NCBI GenBank assembly: GCA_024679065.1
Contig: JAGIQG010000009.1
Span: 91,636,001 to 91,700,000 of the forward strand
Length of the DNA: 64,000 nt
Direction of reading: 5' to 3'
Origin: Sphyrna mokarran
Taxonomy: Eukaryota
Both the position numbers and the translations under genes were made by a program. Position 1 is the stretch's first letter. The number at the start of each line of letters is the position of its first letter. This document shows, one piece after another, positions 61,296 to 64,000 of this stretch. The notes under the pieces are model-generated. The model saw only the letters and a program-made list of their open reading frames with translations, was not told where the DNA came from and ran no database searches.

Positions 61296-62075
61296 TTCCT
61301 ATAGTCACACAGTAGTTAGCATTGCTGCCTCACAGCGCCAGGCAAAAGTGCATTTTTGAACACATCAAATATACGTATCAAAGTAAAGTGGACTGGTGTC
61401 TATCAATATAAAATCTGACATTCTATCGTGTTTGACTATACTCAGAATTACAATTTATATTAAAATTAATTTTTCAGCAGTCATTCACACTGAGAAATTT
61501 GATATGTTTTTCAGCCACTCCCTGTAACTATGATGGGAGGTCTTTCCCTATTGAGTGTCTCCAGTAACTGTCCCAAGCTGTGTCGTGTCCCTCACCAGTA
61601 TTCCTGGAACTTGCATTGTGACAATCTGAAACCCTCAGTCATGGAGAACCTTTTGCCCTGGAAGATCTGTTAGTTTCAGGCGGATTTTCATAGAGTTGAT
61701 GGTCCTCCAGCAGGAAGTGGTGTTTATCTCAGTGTGTGTTTCTGGGAATAGCCTGTACAGCATACAGTCCTGTATAAAGGAGCTGCTGGGATGAACATTC
61801 TGCGACTCCGTGGGAATTCATCAGATCAATATTCACTTTCCTTCATCCCACACAACTTAATAAGTGAAATGGAAAACTGCCCAGCACCAGAAAGATCTTG
61901 TCAATATTCTCATTGTCTTCTCCATTATTGGATTGCTCACAGAGTCTTTTACACTGAGTCCAAAAAGTCTTGATCAAAATCCGCAAACATTTCAAGATAT
62001 TTAAAACTCTGAATAATCAGAAAGTGAGAAAAGTGCACAAATTGTGAGTGTATTTCATTCCCAACAATCTGTCCC

Positions 62076-62636
62076 TCAGTCACTCACTGGAGCTGTTGTG
62101 TACGTCCCACTTGGTGAATCTGCAGAAGTGAAATAAATGTCAGTTAGAATGGGGAATAATCCATTCTCAGAGAGTGAGAACACAACAAGTGTGAGGGAAT
62201 GGAGATTGTGTGAGAAATACTCATTCTCACACTCCCCTCCATCCTTACACTTTATGGAGATCCTGTAGATCTCTTCCATTCCATCCATATTCAGTAGGTG
62301 AGGATGTGAGTGTGTGCGGTGGCTTTAATGATCAATATTATACCTGGTCTGGGCTGATCACACAAAGGAAAATCAGACAGGGAACAAGATGTGTTTATAC
62401 GTGTGTATCTGTGTGTGGGAATTAAATCAGTTTATTCAATACAATGCCCCGTATTCCCAGTACTGGAGATTCCTCACACTCACTCTGTCCCCTCAGTTCT
62501 ACATTCCCCTCTCTCTCATTCTTACCTCTCCTTTGACTTTTCCAGATGATTATTCCGAATATAACAGCCAGTGCTGAGATCACTGATCCGATTATAATTC
62601 CAAGATGGGAACGTCCCCCACTGTTTCCTGGGATTT
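62076..62636 (-). CDS. Non-classical MHC class I gene D, partial: TM exon 62636-62526 and cytoplasmic exon 62119-62076; upstream exons beyond the window
   Basis: [37 protein letters not shown] plus [14 protein letters not shown]; splice sites intact. Confidence 0.82.
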
Positions 62637-62769
62637 CTGAAACACATTTGAATAATATGAGGATCGTCACTGTTCTCGGATCCATTCCCAGTTCTCTGTT
62701 CACTGGGGACAATTTGAACTGAAACCACCCCAGTCCAAATGGGATTGATTGAAGCTCTGCTTTTACACT

Positions 62770-64000
62770 GGCCCCATGGTGGATAAGGGAGTGTCTACGG
62801 ACCTGCTCTGGATGGACTTCTAGAAGGTCATTGATAAAGTTCACATGAGGATTCTTGATAATAACCAGAGTGTTTGGAATTGAAGGGAATCTTTGTCATG
62901 GGATGAAAATTGGTTGGGAGGGAGGAGACAAGGAATGGGGAGAACAGGAATGTGCTCCCATCGGCACAATGTGATAATTCTCCAAGCAGCTGTACTGGGA
63001 TCTCAACTTCACGATCCATATTAATGACTTGGTTAAAGGAATACAGACTTGTGTATCCAACTTTACAGAGGGGACTATATTAGAAGACACAGTGAAGGGA
63101 CATTCACAGATTAAATTATTGAATTCCATCTACTATAGATTTCCCCAGTGTGGGGAAATATAGGATTATCCACATTAAATCTAATGAAGAAACATTAAAT
63201 TATTTAACATGGGCAGTGGAAATCTGGAACCGTCTGCCTAAAAGGCTGTGGATGCCGGGATGGAGAGGATTTTGTTGGGTCAGGAGGGATGGTATGGTAG
63301 AGGGGATAGAAAGGGTAACAAAGTAGAAGTATACAGTAGTGCTGCAAAGCAGCTATTTAGGTAATAATACCCAGACTGTGACAGGAAGTGACACAGTGAA
63401 CAAACATTAAAAAAAAGGAACAAATTGGGTCAAAGAGGGAAAAGTGATAAAGACAAATAAATGGTTCTTTACCCAAATGTACCTAGTATCTGGCAAAAAG
63501 TCAATGAATTAACAACACAAGTTGAGGTTAATATGCATGATCTGAGCCATAGTTACAAGGAGAACAAATAAATATTGAGGGTTATGTGACTTTTTGTACA
63601 GTCTGACAGAAAGGAAAGGATGGTGAGGAAGTTTTGTTGATGCGAGTGGAATAAATATAATAGTAAGAAATGGTCCTGGATTGGAAGATGTAGAATCCAT
63701 GTGGTGCATTTCCAAAATAACAAGGGGTTGAGTGTAGCCCTTAACAGTAGCTACACTATAGGAGAGTGAATAAGTCAGGAGATAATGAGGACATGTAAAA
63801 AAGGCAGTATGTTATTCAGGGGTGACTTGAATCTTCATGTTGATTGGGAAAATCAATTTGGGGAGATAGCTATGAGGAAGGATTCATAGCATGTATTTGG
63901 GAGTTTCCTAGAACAATATGTTATGGATGCAACAGGAATCAGGATATTTTGGATCTGGTCATGTATAATCAGGCAGGTTTAGTAAACAATCTCAGAATTA
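62770..64000 (+). mobile_element. Old degenerate CR1 fragments in intron 4 of gene D
   Basis: Degenerate RT (gacttctagaaggtcattgataaagtt) and endonuclease (GDLNLHVDW, ILDLVMYN) remnants. Confidence 0.7.

Overview
Repeat-rich vertebrate genomic DNA, most likely a shark (HE1/V-SINE-type and SacSINE1-type SINEs, abundant CR1 LINEs). It contains a tandem, minus-strand array of divergent non-classical MHC class I heavy-chain genes. Two genes are complete and apparently intact, each with six coding exons and canonical GT-AG phase-1 introns: gene B at 11323-30444 (340 aa) and gene C at 36115-54697 (343 aa). The window also holds the TM and cytoplasmic exons of a third gene D (62076-62636), a leader exon with ATG>ACA from a gene A whose body would lie left of the window (996-1047), and a spare intact leader exon (31116-31167). 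Both complete proteins lack the canonical alpha2 Cys101-Cys164 disulfide and several peptide-anchoring residues, and both carry a lone alpha1 Cys at the position equivalent to MR1 Lys43. Their promoters keep a recognisable S-X1-X2-Y plus CCAAT module, and gene C also has ISRE and TATA motifs. About 907-31027 and 31028-55690 are two copies of a segmental duplication with patchwork identity. The rest is transposon-derived: nested CR1s, a young near-full-length RTE, a two-gene Harbinger fossil, Penelope-derived hairpins, SINEs and a 35-bp minisatellite beside the alpha1 exon. All alignments and counts were done by eye and no database search was run.
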